A stretch of DNA of 64,000 nucleotides from Oikopleura dioica (taxonomy: Eukaryota; Animalia; Chordata): assembly GCA_907165135.1 (NCBI GenBank), contig OU015567.1:1736001-1800000 (forward strand). The letters are read 5' to 3'. Numbering within the stretch: the first letter of the stretch is position 1; each line of letters starts with the position of its first letter. The position numbers and the translations under genes were made by a program. This document shows, piece by piece, positions 22,353 to 35,829 of this stretch. Under the pieces are notes generated by a model. It made no database searches. It saw only the letters and a program-made list of their open reading frames with translations, and had not been told where the DNA came from.

Positions 22353-23234
22353 AACAATTCTAGTACCAATAGGTTTTCAAAGTTACTCTCTTACCCTTAC
22401 GCAACGACATTATATAAGCGCTTGTCAACTGAAACTTTTCCAACCCTTTTTTTCCAAAATCTCTTGCCAAAAAGGCCTCAGGTGCCAAGGTAACCCCTGC
22501 TTCAGTAATTTATTACAAATTATTACGACCAAGGTGAAAATGAATTTATCTCAATTTACTCTGTTCTATTCAAAATAAAGTATCTTTAAAAATCAGTTCT
22601 GAAATGCAAAAGCAGCGTGACAGCTACTGTACAGTATAGAGACTTCGCTTTGGAACCAGACTTCTCTGGTTCTACATATTCTAGGTCTGCAGCGCTTAGC
22701 ATATTTTCCGGGGCGGCGTGAAAGTTAATATTCAGGTGACTTCGAATGTACTGTTTTAGTAGCTCCATGTTGAGATATTTACTGACAGGATCACTATTGA
22801 AGACTTAAATCTGTGAGTGAATTAGTTTCTCTTACGATTGTTGGTTCTCTAGAGGTTGGGGTTGTCTCAAAACTTGTCCCCAAGAATACTGAGATTCTAT
22901 GAGTTCAAGATTTATAAGAAAAATTAAAAAGGGAAATCGCATTTTATTCAAAGACACTAAATACGGTCGATTGCCAGGGACGCGCTTTATAAAGCTGAGA
23001 TTTATAATTCAGCTACAAGAAAAAGTCGGTTAGCAATTAAAATAAATGCAGTTAGCCTGTCTTTTTTCAACTTTGATACAATTTGCATCCTGAACAAACG
23101 AAGGAAGAGAATTTTTAATGAAAGAGATGTGAGAGATAACCTTTAACTCTCCCTTTCAATTAACAGATCTTTTTTCTAAAAAACTAAAGTGCTTTATTCA
23201 AATAAAAAAATATTTCTATCAATATCGATGGCAG

Positions 23235-25401
23235 TTAACTGATTTGACCGCGCGGCAAAAGATGATACAATGGCGGTTGATGGAAGGGATCTTTCCCAAA
23301 TTGGACGGCTATCGCCCAAGTCAAAGACTGAAAGAACATCATCGCTGGCGACTGATAAGTAATCGCCTCCCGCAGAGATAGAGCCGCGAGTTTTGATCGC
23401 AACTGGTCCGGCAGGGAATGTTCGCTTGTTTCTGTTTTATAACCTTTTACACAGTAGCTATTCCTTTCTAAAAATTGTTGTAAAACATTCCTGTGGTCGC
23501 TGAAAACAACGAATATCGAACAACTGACAGCACAACTTCCCATGGCCTTGTCCAACAAATGTATGCTCATCAATAGACTCAAGCCAGTGAAATTTAAAAG
23601 AAGGCATTTGGGCGCATATATTTCCCGCTGGAAGGTCGTAGATATTGAGCGATCCATCTGAGCCAGCAACTATTAAACCATCGCCGCCTGAGAGTTTTGA
23701 AAGTGCGGTTATGTCGTGAAATTTTGAGAAGCAATGGCTAAAACACGTAGAATAAATAAAAATAAGTTCAATAATTGACTTTATTTAAACCAACGTAGAG
23801 TAAAAGAAACGAACCTTTGAAGTACTTTTCCACCTCCGGTTCCAAATCTGTCCAAAACAGTCTTCTGTCCAAACTGGAATCTGATGAATTTAAGCTCATT
23901 CCCAGTCGAGGCACAAAAACTCCGATCATCACCCCCAAACGGGCAAAGATGGCTTCCAGCTGTTTCTATGCTTGACCTGGGCCGAGTGCCATCAGTTTTG
24001 GTAAAAAGGCTGATTGAGGACAAAGAAGAAACGCACAGGGTCTCTTTTGTAAAAGAAAAGTCAGTGATAGCTTCGTCGACATTCGCGATGGATTTAAGTT
24101 CTTCTAGCGATTGGATTTGAGGAACTTTTGTCTTGTAGACTGAACTTCCTTCTGATAAAAGATGACCTCCGCCTGGGCTACGTTTCATTCTCGTTGGCGG
24201 CGTTTTGAGCGGCTGAAGTCGCCCTGATGCGATTTGATGACCCATCGGAGTCTGAAAATTTGCCTCCGAAATTCTATTATTCTTTGTTGCTCCGGCACTT
24301 GTGGATTTTCTAAGCTTTATCGGCGCAACTATCGGCTTTTTGTGCAACTGTGGCTGGAACATCTTGCGTTTCGGCTGGATAAGACCGTAGTTTGAGCTTG
24401 AAACTTTCTTTGGATGAAACAGAACTTTTTTGGGATCGACAGGGGTCGATGTCTTTTCGACTTTTTGAAGCTTTGTAAGAGGGGAGCCTCGTTGAAGAGA
24501 GTGCGTGAAAGTGACGCAAACACGACTTTCGATTTGGACGAGGTCGTGGAGAGACTTGTCTGTCAGAATCAAGTTTCCAGAGAAAAGAATGATCCGCGGA
24601 AGACGCTGGGGGATGCAGAAGCTTTGGAAGGTATCGAGTGATAGAATGCTTATTGATTCCTTGTGCTAAAAACCGCTTTGAAGAATAATAAGGAAGGAGA
24701 AAAAGTACCTGAAAAATGACTAAATTGGTGGTCTCAGAAAACTGCATATTTTCAATCGGTGGTGTTGAACTGGCCTTGAAGGGGATTTCAAATTTTTGAA
24801 GTGGGGTCAACGGGCGGCAGTCGATTTGAAAAAGCCCTCCATGATCAAAAAGAATGAGCAGAGAAGAAGACGTTTGATCCTGGAAGACCTGTTTGATTCT
24901 TCCATCGAAAGAGGCCTGATGAACTTGCTTCAAATGACGAAGAGTGACCGAAACAGTGAAGTTGGTTTCTTCTACGAGAGCAACCACATCTTGATCGAAT
25001 AAGAATATGTCGGTGTTTGAGCTTGAGCAATTTATTCGAAGCTTCGATTCTCCTTGAAAACTTCGGATATCGACAAAATATTCGTTCTTTAAAATAAGTT
25101 GGTTGCTGGAAACACTGATGCTGGAAAAGAGCTCGTTTTCTTCGGCTAAATTGATGGTGTAAATTTCTTGGAGATCGTTGATGTCCAGAACTTGGATTTC
25201 AGACAGACAGAGGATGAAAATCAGGTCGTTTGAGAGCGCGAAATCTTTTGGCTTTTTCTCGAGTTTGATTGATTTTCCTTGGCCGTTTTGGAATACGAAT
25301 AGAGTCAATCCATCAAGGAAAACAACGGTCTTTTCATCAGGCGATTTCGAGAAGCAATCTGGCGAGAACGAGGCGATTTTTTCCAACTCATATTCTACCA
25401 T
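23235..25401 (-). CDS. Beta-propeller (WD40-like) protein with a central basic S/T-P-rich linker
   Basis: Repeating beta-strand pattern in 24700-25401 and again below 24100. Linker contains TP/SP sites. Confidence 0.5.
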
Positions 25402-25645
25402 GAGTTTCCTGAAGAAAAAAAGATGGGAGAAGCAGCGTCGTTATTAGGATTTTAATAAGTGTATCAGTCGGATAAGTTGGTTCGGATCTTATTTTTTTAG
25501 TTTTGGAGTGTAAGATGGAGTAGTTTGATTTTTGAATGTGGGTCAGTTGTATGTCGAAATACAGTAGAGAAAAGTTGTTGAAGATTAGTTTGAATGAAAA
25601 CGCGCTATTTACAAACAAAAAAAAAACAGAAAGGTGAATTTTTTA

Positions 25646-26693
25646 TCAAGGGTTTTCGGAGTAAGGATTTTCATTCGAAGTCGAGGGCAAATCAGGCAAA
25701 GCTCGAGTAGAATTCTGCGCCGCTATCTTCTCTTGCGCTATGCTATCCTACAACAAATAATTTGGAACAGGCTCAACTGTTTTTCTCTCACCTGGGATTC
25801 GGTTCGTAGAAGCACGGATTCATCCCTAGCTGTCTGATCGAGAACTTCGTAAACGTTTTCTGTTGGTGTGAGTGTTGGGATTTCCATTCCATCCATACCG
25901 CGGTCCTTTGTTTGTTTTCGCTTTTTGTAGACGATGAATGCTACCAGCCCGACTTTTTAAGGTTTCATGAATAGACTTGTCTATAGTTTGAACTATGAAT
26001 AAGTCAAATGCCGGTGATTACCGATTGTTCTTAGCCGCAAATTACAACAAAACCCCACAAACTTATGAAACCAAAACAATAGCAATCAAAAGAATTCCGA
26101 TAATCAAACCAGTCGGAGCTGACGATTTCTCCTGAGCTGGTTGATCTTCAGTCCTTATTTCCCCAAATTCAACAGGACTCGAGGATGAATCATCTGGGAC
26201 AACAGAGTACTCAAGCTTGAATCCGCTAGAATGCTCAACAGCTTCGTCGCTTTTGAATTTTATAATAACAGGCAATTGAGCTAAAAATATTAATTGCAAC
26301 TTATGTTTTCTATTTTACCTCTTCTTTCAATAATTTCAGGAAGAGTATCTCCACAAAATGGCGCTTTTATGCGTGTGTCGCCTCCTGATGAGAAGATTTC
26401 GACATAATCTTCGGGACAATGACCCGCAGAATGGTCAATTTCAAAGTGCAGAAAGTTGAGAATGATCGTCGCGTAGTCTCCGCTGAAGTCTTTGCCAATT
26501 ATCCATGTACAGTCGCACAAACTCGGGTACTCATCTCGATGGGGTAAAGCCGGGCTCTCCAAGCGACCTCGATTGCCAAGTGAGCCGCCGCACTTGACAT
26601 CATGTTGATAGAGAGAGTCTGACGAGGCGTCATATACGAGTATTTACCGTAGATTGTATAATGACAGATGTCAAAAGATTGTAGACAATCCAT
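25646..26693 (-). CDS. Single CUB-domain type I membrane protein
   Basis: CGGSL..LESP..YPSLCDCTWII...FLHFEI..CPEDYVEI..FCG..KFKSDE..SGFKLEY. TM GLIIGILLIAIVLV. Tail with ENVYEVL and NPY. Confidence 0.85.
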
Positions 26694-27500
26694 TTAGTAG
26701 CGAATAAATGATTTATTTGTATATTTGGAAATAAAAACTGAAATAAAACAAATTTTGGTGCAGTGTAATTAGTTAGCAACTCAGATGAAACTTCATATTT
26801 TAACACTTTTTTACCAGTTATTTGTTGGGGTCAGTGTCGAAAATCTGCCAAAGATTAACAACTTCATGTTTTTCCCCTAATATCAGCCCCTAGAAAATGA
26901 GAAGAGCTAACAATGGTACTTTAGGCTTTGAGCAGAAGCACCATTCATGGAACCGAAGGCATTTCTCACCATTTTCGACTAGCCGCAAATATTGGAATTT
27001 CAAGAATACCCTGGGAGGTTTTAAACCAAAATAACAAATCCCTACATAAGCCGATTTCGATGATGAACAAGCTTCTTCGCGACATTGGTGCAAAGAAACA
27101 TGAACATCCAAAACTTCATTTTCACCGTCTTTTCCTCAAATAAAAGTACACGCCTTTCCTATTGCAATATGTTCCGCAGCAAGACTCTGTTTGCATACAT
27201 TTGATTCAGTCGCCAAAACCCCAGCTAGTAGTAGACCGATGCCTTCCTTTCTCATCTCTAGTAAATAAAATTCATGTAAGAGCAAATCTGCGATTCGTAA
27301 AAAGGATGATTCAGAACATGAGAGAACAATCATGCTTATTGAAAGGAGAAAGAGCTTTTGTTTTGTGATAAAAGAGTTAAAACTTTATTACATTCGTCAA
27401 ATCGGATCTTTTATCCTTCATGATAAGTAGACAATAACATGATTGAAAATGCAAAAAACTGGCAGTAGAAAATATTATTAAAAATGTATCCCTGAGAACA

Positions 27501-30500
27501 TTACATAGAAAAGTCTTCGTCCGACTCTTCGAAATTGTAGAGCTTTTTCTTCTTTCGGGCACTCTGGCGCGAAGGGCGAGAATTTGAGTTGGAATTCTCT
27601 GAGAAACGAGAAGATCGTCGACGTGTAGAGCGACGAGGACTTGGCTCTGCGTAACCGTCCCTATAAATGCTCGTAATACTCAAATGTCATTTACAAAGAG
27701 ATGATGACTGGGCTCGGCAACCTGTGTAGGGCCCTTACTCATGTTTTCTACACAGTATGCTGAGTCCAGAATGAGGAATCTCTGATACTTTTAATCTGAT
27801 GTTTGGTTACCTGGCTTCATCGCTGAAATCTTCAGAGATCTTCCTCTGTCTTCTATTTCTTTGAAAACTTGGCAGCGGTACTTCATCATCATCGTCCTCA
27901 TCCGCCTGAGCTTCAGGCTCAGTATCTGTGCTGAATCTGTCGTTTCTTTCATCAGAATCATCCTCTTCTTCTTCGTCCACTTGTTCCTCGAGTTCTTCCT
28001 CTTCTTCACTCTCCTCCTCAAGTTGCTTTTTCATTGGACGAGGTCGCTTTTTAGCTGGTCGTCTTCGGTTCTCTTTTTCGTAATCAAAATCGTCATTCGA
28101 CATGTCTTCGGCATCTTCATCAGAACTCGAGAACCTAGAAAATTTGAACAACTAACCCTTCCTTGAATGAATCTACCTGTGTCGTTTTTTCTTCACTCTT
28201 GTGCTCCTGGAGCTTGTTTCAAAAACCGTTGGCTTGATATCCCGGAGCTTTTCTTTCTGAACCCTAGCTGGCAAATTTCGGAGTTCTTTCATCAACCGCT
28301 GTTTGAAGCGTTGAGATTGGCTGACCGCGTTTACGAATTCCTCGAGCTCGTTTTCTGGAAGAGGATCTTGCGATCCAAAGCGAGTTCGACGAGTAATTGA
28401 TGTATTCTCCTCCTCACTATCGGTAGAAAAGTCGATCTTTCGAAAATTACGAGGTCGATTGTTTTCGCTGCGATTGCTGAGGATTCTTGTGACTTGCTCG
28501 CCTTCTTCTTCGTCAGTTTCTTCTGCTTCTTCTTCCTCATCATCCGAGCCCTAATAACGTCTTTACAGAAACCAAAAGGCAATCTACCTCTTTCTCAGAT
28601 TCACCCTCTTCTTCCTCATCCGATTCCCCCTCATTTTCGTCAATTCTCTTCTGAAGTCGTTCAATGAAATCATTCGGTTCCAGTTTTCGATCATTCACGG
28701 CTTCGGAAAGAGCTTCAGAAAGAATCTTCGACATAGAAAACATCCCGTTTGAATCAGCATCATTTGAGCCATTGAAAAGCGCGCAGTTCTCGTGAAGAAG
28801 AGCGATTTCCCAAAGCAGACCGGCCTTGTTTCTAAAGAAGTATAACAAACTATGCGGACAGTGACGAGTTACCTGTAAAAATTTGTCTCCAAACGGTCTT
28901 TGATCTTCGTCAAATTAGTTGGGTACGAGATAGTTTGTTCGTATTCTTCGCGGAACTCATCCTCGACTTCGTGATTGTAAGCCGCAACTTCTGGAATTTG
29001 TTTAGAGATTACTGCCGCTAGGATGTTGATCAAGCGGGTACTCTCCTTGTCGCTAATCTCTGTGTGAGAGAGGATTACTTCCGGCTGTTCGTCAGAGTTC
29101 CGAGGAACAAGATTCCAGACGGATTGAACGTCGACTTTATCGTCCGACAGCCATTTTACCGTGAACCTAAGAAACAAAAAGGTAAAAATCTCTAGATACA
29201 GTCAAAACGCACAATTCCGGAACTTTTTTTTTCAGCGAAAATGGGAAAATCTCCGGAATTGTGCGGATTTTCGATAAAAAATTTTTCTCCTCTCAAAAAA
29301 ATCTGTTTTTATGGGGTCAAGCTCACTATGGCCGAACCTCGAGGCTGAAACCGAGTTTTCGAAGTTTCCTCCTTTGAAAATGCCAAAGTTTTCATAAAAC
29401 GGACATTTTCTTTACAGAAAAACATGAAAAAACCAAAAACACAAGCTGAGATTCCACGTATTTCTGTTAAAAAATGCCCGAAGTTCGATTTTTTCTCGAA
29501 CATCTCCGGAATTGTGCGATTCAAAATTTTTTTGGTTCACCCCTTAATCTCCGGAATTGTGCGTTCCGGAATTGTGCGTTTTGACTGTAACAGGGATTCT
29601 TACTTATTGAATAGTGTTTCTTCTCCAGCTAACAAATGAACGGACTGTATCTCCCCAGCGAACCATTGAGGGATCCTACTTTCGGGGCCAATTTCTTCAA
29701 AAATTCCCCAGACTTCGTCCCCTTCTTTGAATTCCGACTCGTTTGAAGCATCGTACAGTTTATCGTAGATAATAAACTCTTCGCAGTTTTCCAGTGGCGC
29801 GTATTTTATCTAACGAAATAATGAAATGAAGAAGAAGAAAATCCCTTACCGTGAATTTCTTGAGATCAATTTCCTCATCGATACATTTTAAAACGACAGA
29901 GCACCATCTAGCTGGAGGGTTGAATTTCTTCTCCTTCATCAGTTCAATTTCTAGTTCTTCTACAACACATAAAATGTCCTTTCCAATCAATTCTTCGGAG
30001 TTTTTTATCTGTTGCGGAACACGGTGAAATTTTCGAAGAGAGGTAATCTTTTGATTTTCGAGTTCTTTGACAAACTGTTCATGTGCGCGTGGAATGTAGT
30101 AAACCTTGTCGCCGACTTGAGGTATAAACGGGCATCGAAGAGGTTGAGTTTGGCTGATCCATTGTAAATGGCCTCTTCCGGGCGATTCGATGAGTGAGTG
30201 ATAAGGAGAAGCGTGACCAGTCGGCGAGGATTCATCTGATCGAATTCGCCCCTTTGCTTCGCGTTTCTTTTTCTTTTTGATATATTTTGTGCTCAATTTT
30301 TTCAGCGGATCGACCCTGTCCGAGTCCTCATCTTCAGAAAACACGATCTTCTTTTTCCTCGGCCTGGAGGATGTCGGACGTGAGCTCGGTCCAGGCTGCT
30401 CTTCTTCTATCGAGCTATCTAGATCGGCTATCGGGGCTTCTTCTTCCTCTTCCTCGCTTTCGAGATGTTGAATGATTCGTTTCTTTTTTCTCTGACCGCG

Positions 30501-33450
30501 GGTCGAAGTGGTCTGTTGCGCCTGCAGATCTTGAGATCTCCGGGCTCTTCGATTTCTTGAAATACTCGCCTCTTCTGACGGCTCTTCCAAAGTAGGAACG
30601 TACTCCGACGATGTGTTCCCCTGCGTTGTCTCCTCTGAATCATCGTCTGTAGACCCTTCTTCGTCGTCATCAAGAGCATCAGAATCATCCTCCGCTGGCT
30701 CATCATCGACAGGAACATATCCTCTCGGAGCTCTTCTTCGTCGAGATTGGTTGTTTTGCTCTCGCTGCTCGGCGGATGAGTTCAAGTTGAATTCTTCATC
30801 CGATCCGTCGATGGAGTTATCCTCTTCTGACTCTGGCGGTAGCTCAGGCTCTGGAATATCCCTGCTTCTTCTTTGATTTCGACGATTTGCCCGACGCTGG
30901 CTTGAAGATATTGGCCGAGAGTTTCCTGCTTCGGAGTTTTCCGTCACATGGATCTCATCAATCTGCATGACGTCGTCGTCGGTAAGTCCTTCTCGCCTGT
31001 ACCACTTTTCCTCTGCGTTTATTAACTGCTTTTGAAGCTTATCTCGAGTTTGGACGGTTTTCAAATCGAGGACTTCACAAAAATCTTTATTGCACCAGCT
31101 TGGTTTTTTCGTTCCGCCAACTTGCGATCTTCTTTGAACATCGAATGTTAGAACAGACATGTCAAGATGCACAGAGTTTTCATCAACGATCATTGGTGTT
31201 CCTGCCTCTTCAGCTTGAACCAACTCTGCTTGAGTGAGCTCGAGGTCTAATTGGCGAATCCGCTCCCCGAGAACATCTCTTTGTCCTTGAAGCTCTTCCT
31301 CAGCAATTTGCCGCCTTGTTCGAGAATCATTGACTCTGCCAAGGTAGGGCTCGTTTTGGGAGTTGGTGTACATGCCTGGATTCTGCAGGTGAGGAGTGAG
31401 CCCAGTTTGCTCATCGACAACGAATCCTTCTCGATCACGCACGAGAGGATGGTAGTCTGTTTCGAAAAACAACTCTTCAGGAAGCTGAGAGAGTTTCGAG
31501 TCAGTTCCAAAGCCAGAAATGCTCATGTGTCCCTGAGAATCGGCGGAAATAATCTTCGTCCCGTCGGAGGACCAGCAAATGTCGTGGATAGACATCTGCT
31601 CTCCGGACTCTATCGTTGATGGAAAGTACACTTCAGCGAGCTTTTTCGACCGAGAAACGTCCCAAACTAGAATGAGACCGTCGCAGCCAGATGATGCGAA
31701 TATATGAGGTTCTTTTGGATGAGCCTTGAGGTTCTGAATTGTCTGGGAATGATAAGAAAGTGTTGTGACAAGTGTTGAGTTAGCTGCGCTGAAAACTTTA
31801 ATGACATTGCCTCCACTTGTCTGTGCACTCACAAGAGCGACAATGATCAGCTCGTCGTTCTTCAGCCAGATTCCATCATTGACTTTTGGCCGCTTTTTCG
31901 GATCTGTTTCGGTCGTTTCACCAACACAATCGATCTTTTGCACCTTCCAGCGGCGATGTTTCAGCCTCCAAATGATTGCAAAGCCATCAAAAGAGGTACT
32001 GAGCAGCGCTGGTGGAACAGTCGTACTTTGCATTTGATTGAATTCGATGGACGAGACGCAGTTTGTATGAACATCGAGTTCGGCGATTTTGTCGACTCCG
32101 CGAGGGCTCTCGGGTTTGAGAATCATGTACACGCGAATCCGACCATCAGAGAAGCCAACAGCATTGAATCTGCCTCCCTTAGACCAGGCTTGTTGAACTG
32201 CACGATCTCCAGGCTTTGTTCGTTCTGTGAACTTGGGTGGGGCTTCCAGAATAAATTGCTTGTCATTTTCGTCGTAGGACCAGAAAACCACGGTTCCATC
32301 GTTTCCAGTTGATACCAAAGGGCGGATGTAGGTATCTGTGACGCAGAACATCCCCGGACCCCAGGAGATAGACGTGATATTGTGCCCAGTGTGCTGGCCG
32401 AGCAAACAAGTTACTGTAGCGCCACTTCTGAGGCACCAAATTCGAATGGCTTTTTTGTCATCGCACGAAGCGAGAAGCGTGTTATCAGGATGGACCTGTA
32501 AGTCGTTGATTTCTCCCTCATGGCCGCGAAGTGTCATCAGTAACATGCCGGTTATGGAGCTCCAGATCTTTATTAGACTCTCATCTGAGCCTGTAATAAT
32601 CCTTTTTCCCGTCTTGTCGAAAGTAATGATGTTTACTTGATCCAAATGGCCGAGAATATGCGCTTGAACCTGAAAGTTGTCCCATAGCAAATCATTGTAC
32701 TGAATCTTTCTTGGGAATAGTCTGCCGATATTCCGTTGAGATCGAAATTTTGTAAAGCTGTTGGCTCGTTGGAAGTTCGCTGGAAGGGATTTTATAGACC
32801 CGTTGGAGGAAATTGAAGGAAGGGAAATTGACTGATTCTTGGACCGGATAGAAAGGCCGTCGGGTTTCGGCGAAAGATGTTGGAGAAAACATCGTTTGAA
32901 ATCAACAAGTGGGTTTTCCGACGCCTTAAATTTGTATTTATAATTTTTATGGGATTTGTTGAGTCATAGAAGGCGCGCGCCAACAAGAATATTCCAAGTA
33001 ATGCTTTACTTACGAATTTTTCGAAGGTATTTTCTCTTTCTTCGCCAAATAAGTCGATGTTCTTTGGAAGAACCTTAAAAAATCATTAAAGAAGTGAACT
33101 TCTAAATAAAATTTTGACTAAATAAGCTTACATATTAGTAAACAGTAATTTTCGAGTATACTACTTAATAACTTTCTTTAAAAATATCACAAAGAAGCCA
33201 TTTTTGTTGAATTTTTTGGTATTTTACCTTTTTGATAACTTCATTTTTCTTCGCGCATTCCAATAAGCTCTAAAATTTATCGTTGAAAAGTGGTATTTCT
33301 CGTCTATCATCGAAAAAAGCAGAAAAATCTGGTCGGAAGACCCCATCTTTTCGGTAGCGTGAGAAGTGAGGAGAAGAATCTCTTCAGACTCCTCCGGAGG
33401 ACATTCGCCTTGGCTTAGCTGGAAGAAGAAAAATTGCCCTGGAAGCACTC
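27501..33450 (-). CDS. BRWD: BRWD1/PHIP/BRWD3-family WD40 + bromodomain protein; start approximate
   Basis: HILGHLDQV..FDKTGKRIITGSDESLIKIW..LRGHEGEI..RIWCLR (family-typical WD40). PFIPQVGDKVYYI domain. Bromodomain YPTNLTKIKDRLETNFYR...NCALFN. Confidence 0.92.
29199..29587. mobile_element. Tc1/mariner-type MITE (389 bp) in a BRWD intron
   Basis: Perfect TIR CAGTCAAAACGCACAATTCCGGAAC, TA on both flanks, internal CCGGAATTGTGCG repeats. Confidence 0.88.
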
Positions 33451-33798
33451 AGAGGTGTTTTTACCCAATTTTGAACCCTTTTATGCCATTTTCTCCGACT
33501 TTTTTACCTCTGCTGCTTTCTGACACCCTGGAACTGTCTGTAGAAATCTTTGAATTGCCAGTATGTTATCTGAATAAAAAGTTTACTACAGTGAGTTTTC
33601 TCCGGCGCTGGAAGAAGAGCGCAGAGTTTGGGACTTACAGGGAAGTTGTGGGTCGTTTTTCCCCTCCATGATGGAGAAAAGGGTTTGACGGAGAAGTCCT
33701 CTTTTGAATTACTATAATTTCTCGACTGTAGTTGCCAAAAAACGTGCAATTAATTCCTACTCTTGGAAAAAATTATGTTGAGGCTAGGGCGCGCCCGA

Positions 33799-33884
33799 TG
33801 AGTCATAATTTCACAGCGCGGTGTGGTAAGAGTGTGGTACGCTGCTTTTTCTGGTGTGGTAGTTGGGCAGCGACGGGTGTGGTA
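33799..33884. promoter_or_regulatory. Motif cluster: TGAGTCA plus four GTGTGGTA
   Basis: AP-1 consensus at 33799. GTGTGGTA at about 33821, 33832, 33854 and 33877 (RUNX-like TGTGGT core), upstream of BRWD. Confidence 0.4.
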
Positions 33885-34149
33885 GAAACGGGAATCAAGG
33901 ACGAAAATCAATAGGGAATCAATTCAATTCAAGAATTGGCAATTTTGGCCACTTTTTGAGCATTTTTGCAATTGTTTTTTTTTCACAGATTGTAATTTAT
34001 AGTTGTTTTTTTATACGGAAAAAACAAAGTTCATTTTATGCACAGGAGACTTGCTTGAGCGTGGCTTCTTGCAGCGATGATTTTTCGGTCGAATTCGCGG
34101 TAGAAGACCCCTTCTTGTATGTAAGTTGGTTGGCCACTAGAATTCTTTG

Positions 34150-35391
34150 ACAACACAAAATTTTGCATGATAATTTACCGGCACCAGGGTAGTCCACTGT
34201 TTACAGAATTGAATTCATCCTGTTTGTAACCGGTAAAAATACGAAGAACTCCAACATTATTCCTCCTGATTAAATAAATTGATTAAGAAATTTGCACTTT
34301 TTCTTACTCATTGTTCATTCGTATTGTCCAGGTTTTGTTGAGCATAGAATTGTCCAGCAATTTGTATTTATCAGTAAATGAGGAAGTCAACTTCATTTTC
34401 GGACATTTGTGCTCATTTGGATGCCCTTGGTTTAGAACCGTTCGTCCAAATTCATCGAAAGGATTGTCTTCGCAAATGTAACTGGAATGGAAACCGTTGT
34501 CCACTGAAAATAAAATTGCTATGTATTTGAAATAAAATAAATGTTGTTTTATGCTCGATAACCTGCGTAGAAAACCTGAGTCAGGTTCTGAAGAGTCTGT
34601 ATGAAGAGCCGCGAAGCAAAGCCGCTCTGCGGGATAGTTTTTCAAAAAGCCGTTACGCGGCTTTAATTGAAGGCATTTCAGATCTTTAATTACTTGTTTC
34701 TTTACTTACTTAAAAATGCACAGAGAGGATGGGTGTCGTTTTGATTAATCTTCATCAGAGTAACAAGATAGTCAATTTTTCTTGCTTCCTCGTATTCTTC
34801 ATACATTTTGTTGTCATCTTCAACCCAGAAAGCTTTTTTACCAAACACTTTGTCTCCAGATAAACTTCCAAAATTAATGTCCTCCCAATTCAAAAATCTA
34901 AAGGGTTTCTTCGGAAGAAACATTCCATCATCTTCACAGGCCTTTTTTGCCTCTGAAAACGTGAATACTCCTCTTTGAAGGTGGCCATCGAGGACTGAAA
35001 AAAGTAATCGGATGGTCAGAAAAATAAAGGTTAGACATTTACCTTTTCCGTTGATTTCTACTGATACATTGAAGGCTGTTTTCATGGCACCCACTTCTTT
35101 TTTTACTCTGAAAATACGAGGCTTTGGCTTCTTTCTTATTCATTTTTAGAATTAAGTATTATTATCGGTACTTACTGTCTCCCGGTCGGGCGATGAAATA
35201 TCATTAAAACATTTGCCAACAGCTGCTCATCATCAATGACGGGGATGACAGTTTTCTCCGGAAGAACATGAAGAACTCCAACCACCAACCTGATAAAAAA
35301 TCCTCAATTCAAAATCAAAATTAATAAAAACTCACGCAAGCAGAAGAAAAACCACAGTAAAAACAAGAAAAATATCCCTCTTATTCGCCAT
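34150..35391 (-). CDS. Secreted/membrane protein with a degenerate C-type-lectin-like segment; 3' end uncertain
   Basis: Hydrophobic start MANKRDIFLVFTVVFFC, FTFSEAKKACEDDGMFL..FWVED exon, clear GT-AG introns. Confidence 0.4.
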
Positions 35392-35577
35392 TTTGAACAC
35401 TCGAATACTAAAACTTTACTTTTCATAAGTTTCTACTTCGATCATTTCTATGTCAATCTATTCATGCGAATCTCTAACACATGTTTTTCTTTACAATTGT
35501 CGTTATCTAGGCCCTTATACTTCCAATTTATGGTTGGAAGGTTCAACATAGACCTTCTTTCCCGATATTCATTTTAT

Positions 35578-35784
35578 TCAATAATAAAGAGCCGGTACAG
35601 TTGAAAACAGATCGTCGTAGTCGTAGACGGTGGGTGCTCGCGACCATCCATACTCAAAAGCGTACAAGAAATCCTTACGATTTGCTTCCATTTCTTCAAC
35701 AACTCTGCGGAGATCGGAAAGCGTCATCGATTCTGCAAAATGCATCGTCAAGAAAACTACAAAAAGGGGAGCTAAAAATTGCAT
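35578..35784 (-). CDS. 68-aa secreted peptide precursor candidate
   Basis: MQFLAPLFVVFLTMHFAES signal-like start, RR and RK dibasic sites, Tyr/Asp-rich tail. Confidence 0.5.
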   Translation of the reverse strand: MQFLAPLFVVFLTMHFAESMTLSDLRRVVEEMEANRKDFLYAFEYGWSRAPTVYDYDDLFSTVPALYY

Positions 35785-35829
35785 TCTTGAAATCATCTCT
35801 TTGAGCTCAAATCTGCGAACTCTTAAAAA

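Noticed and set aside
26890-27368. Short ORFs between the CUB gene and BRWD
   Set aside because: They may be exons of a small gene, but I could not build a consistent model or recognise a domain.
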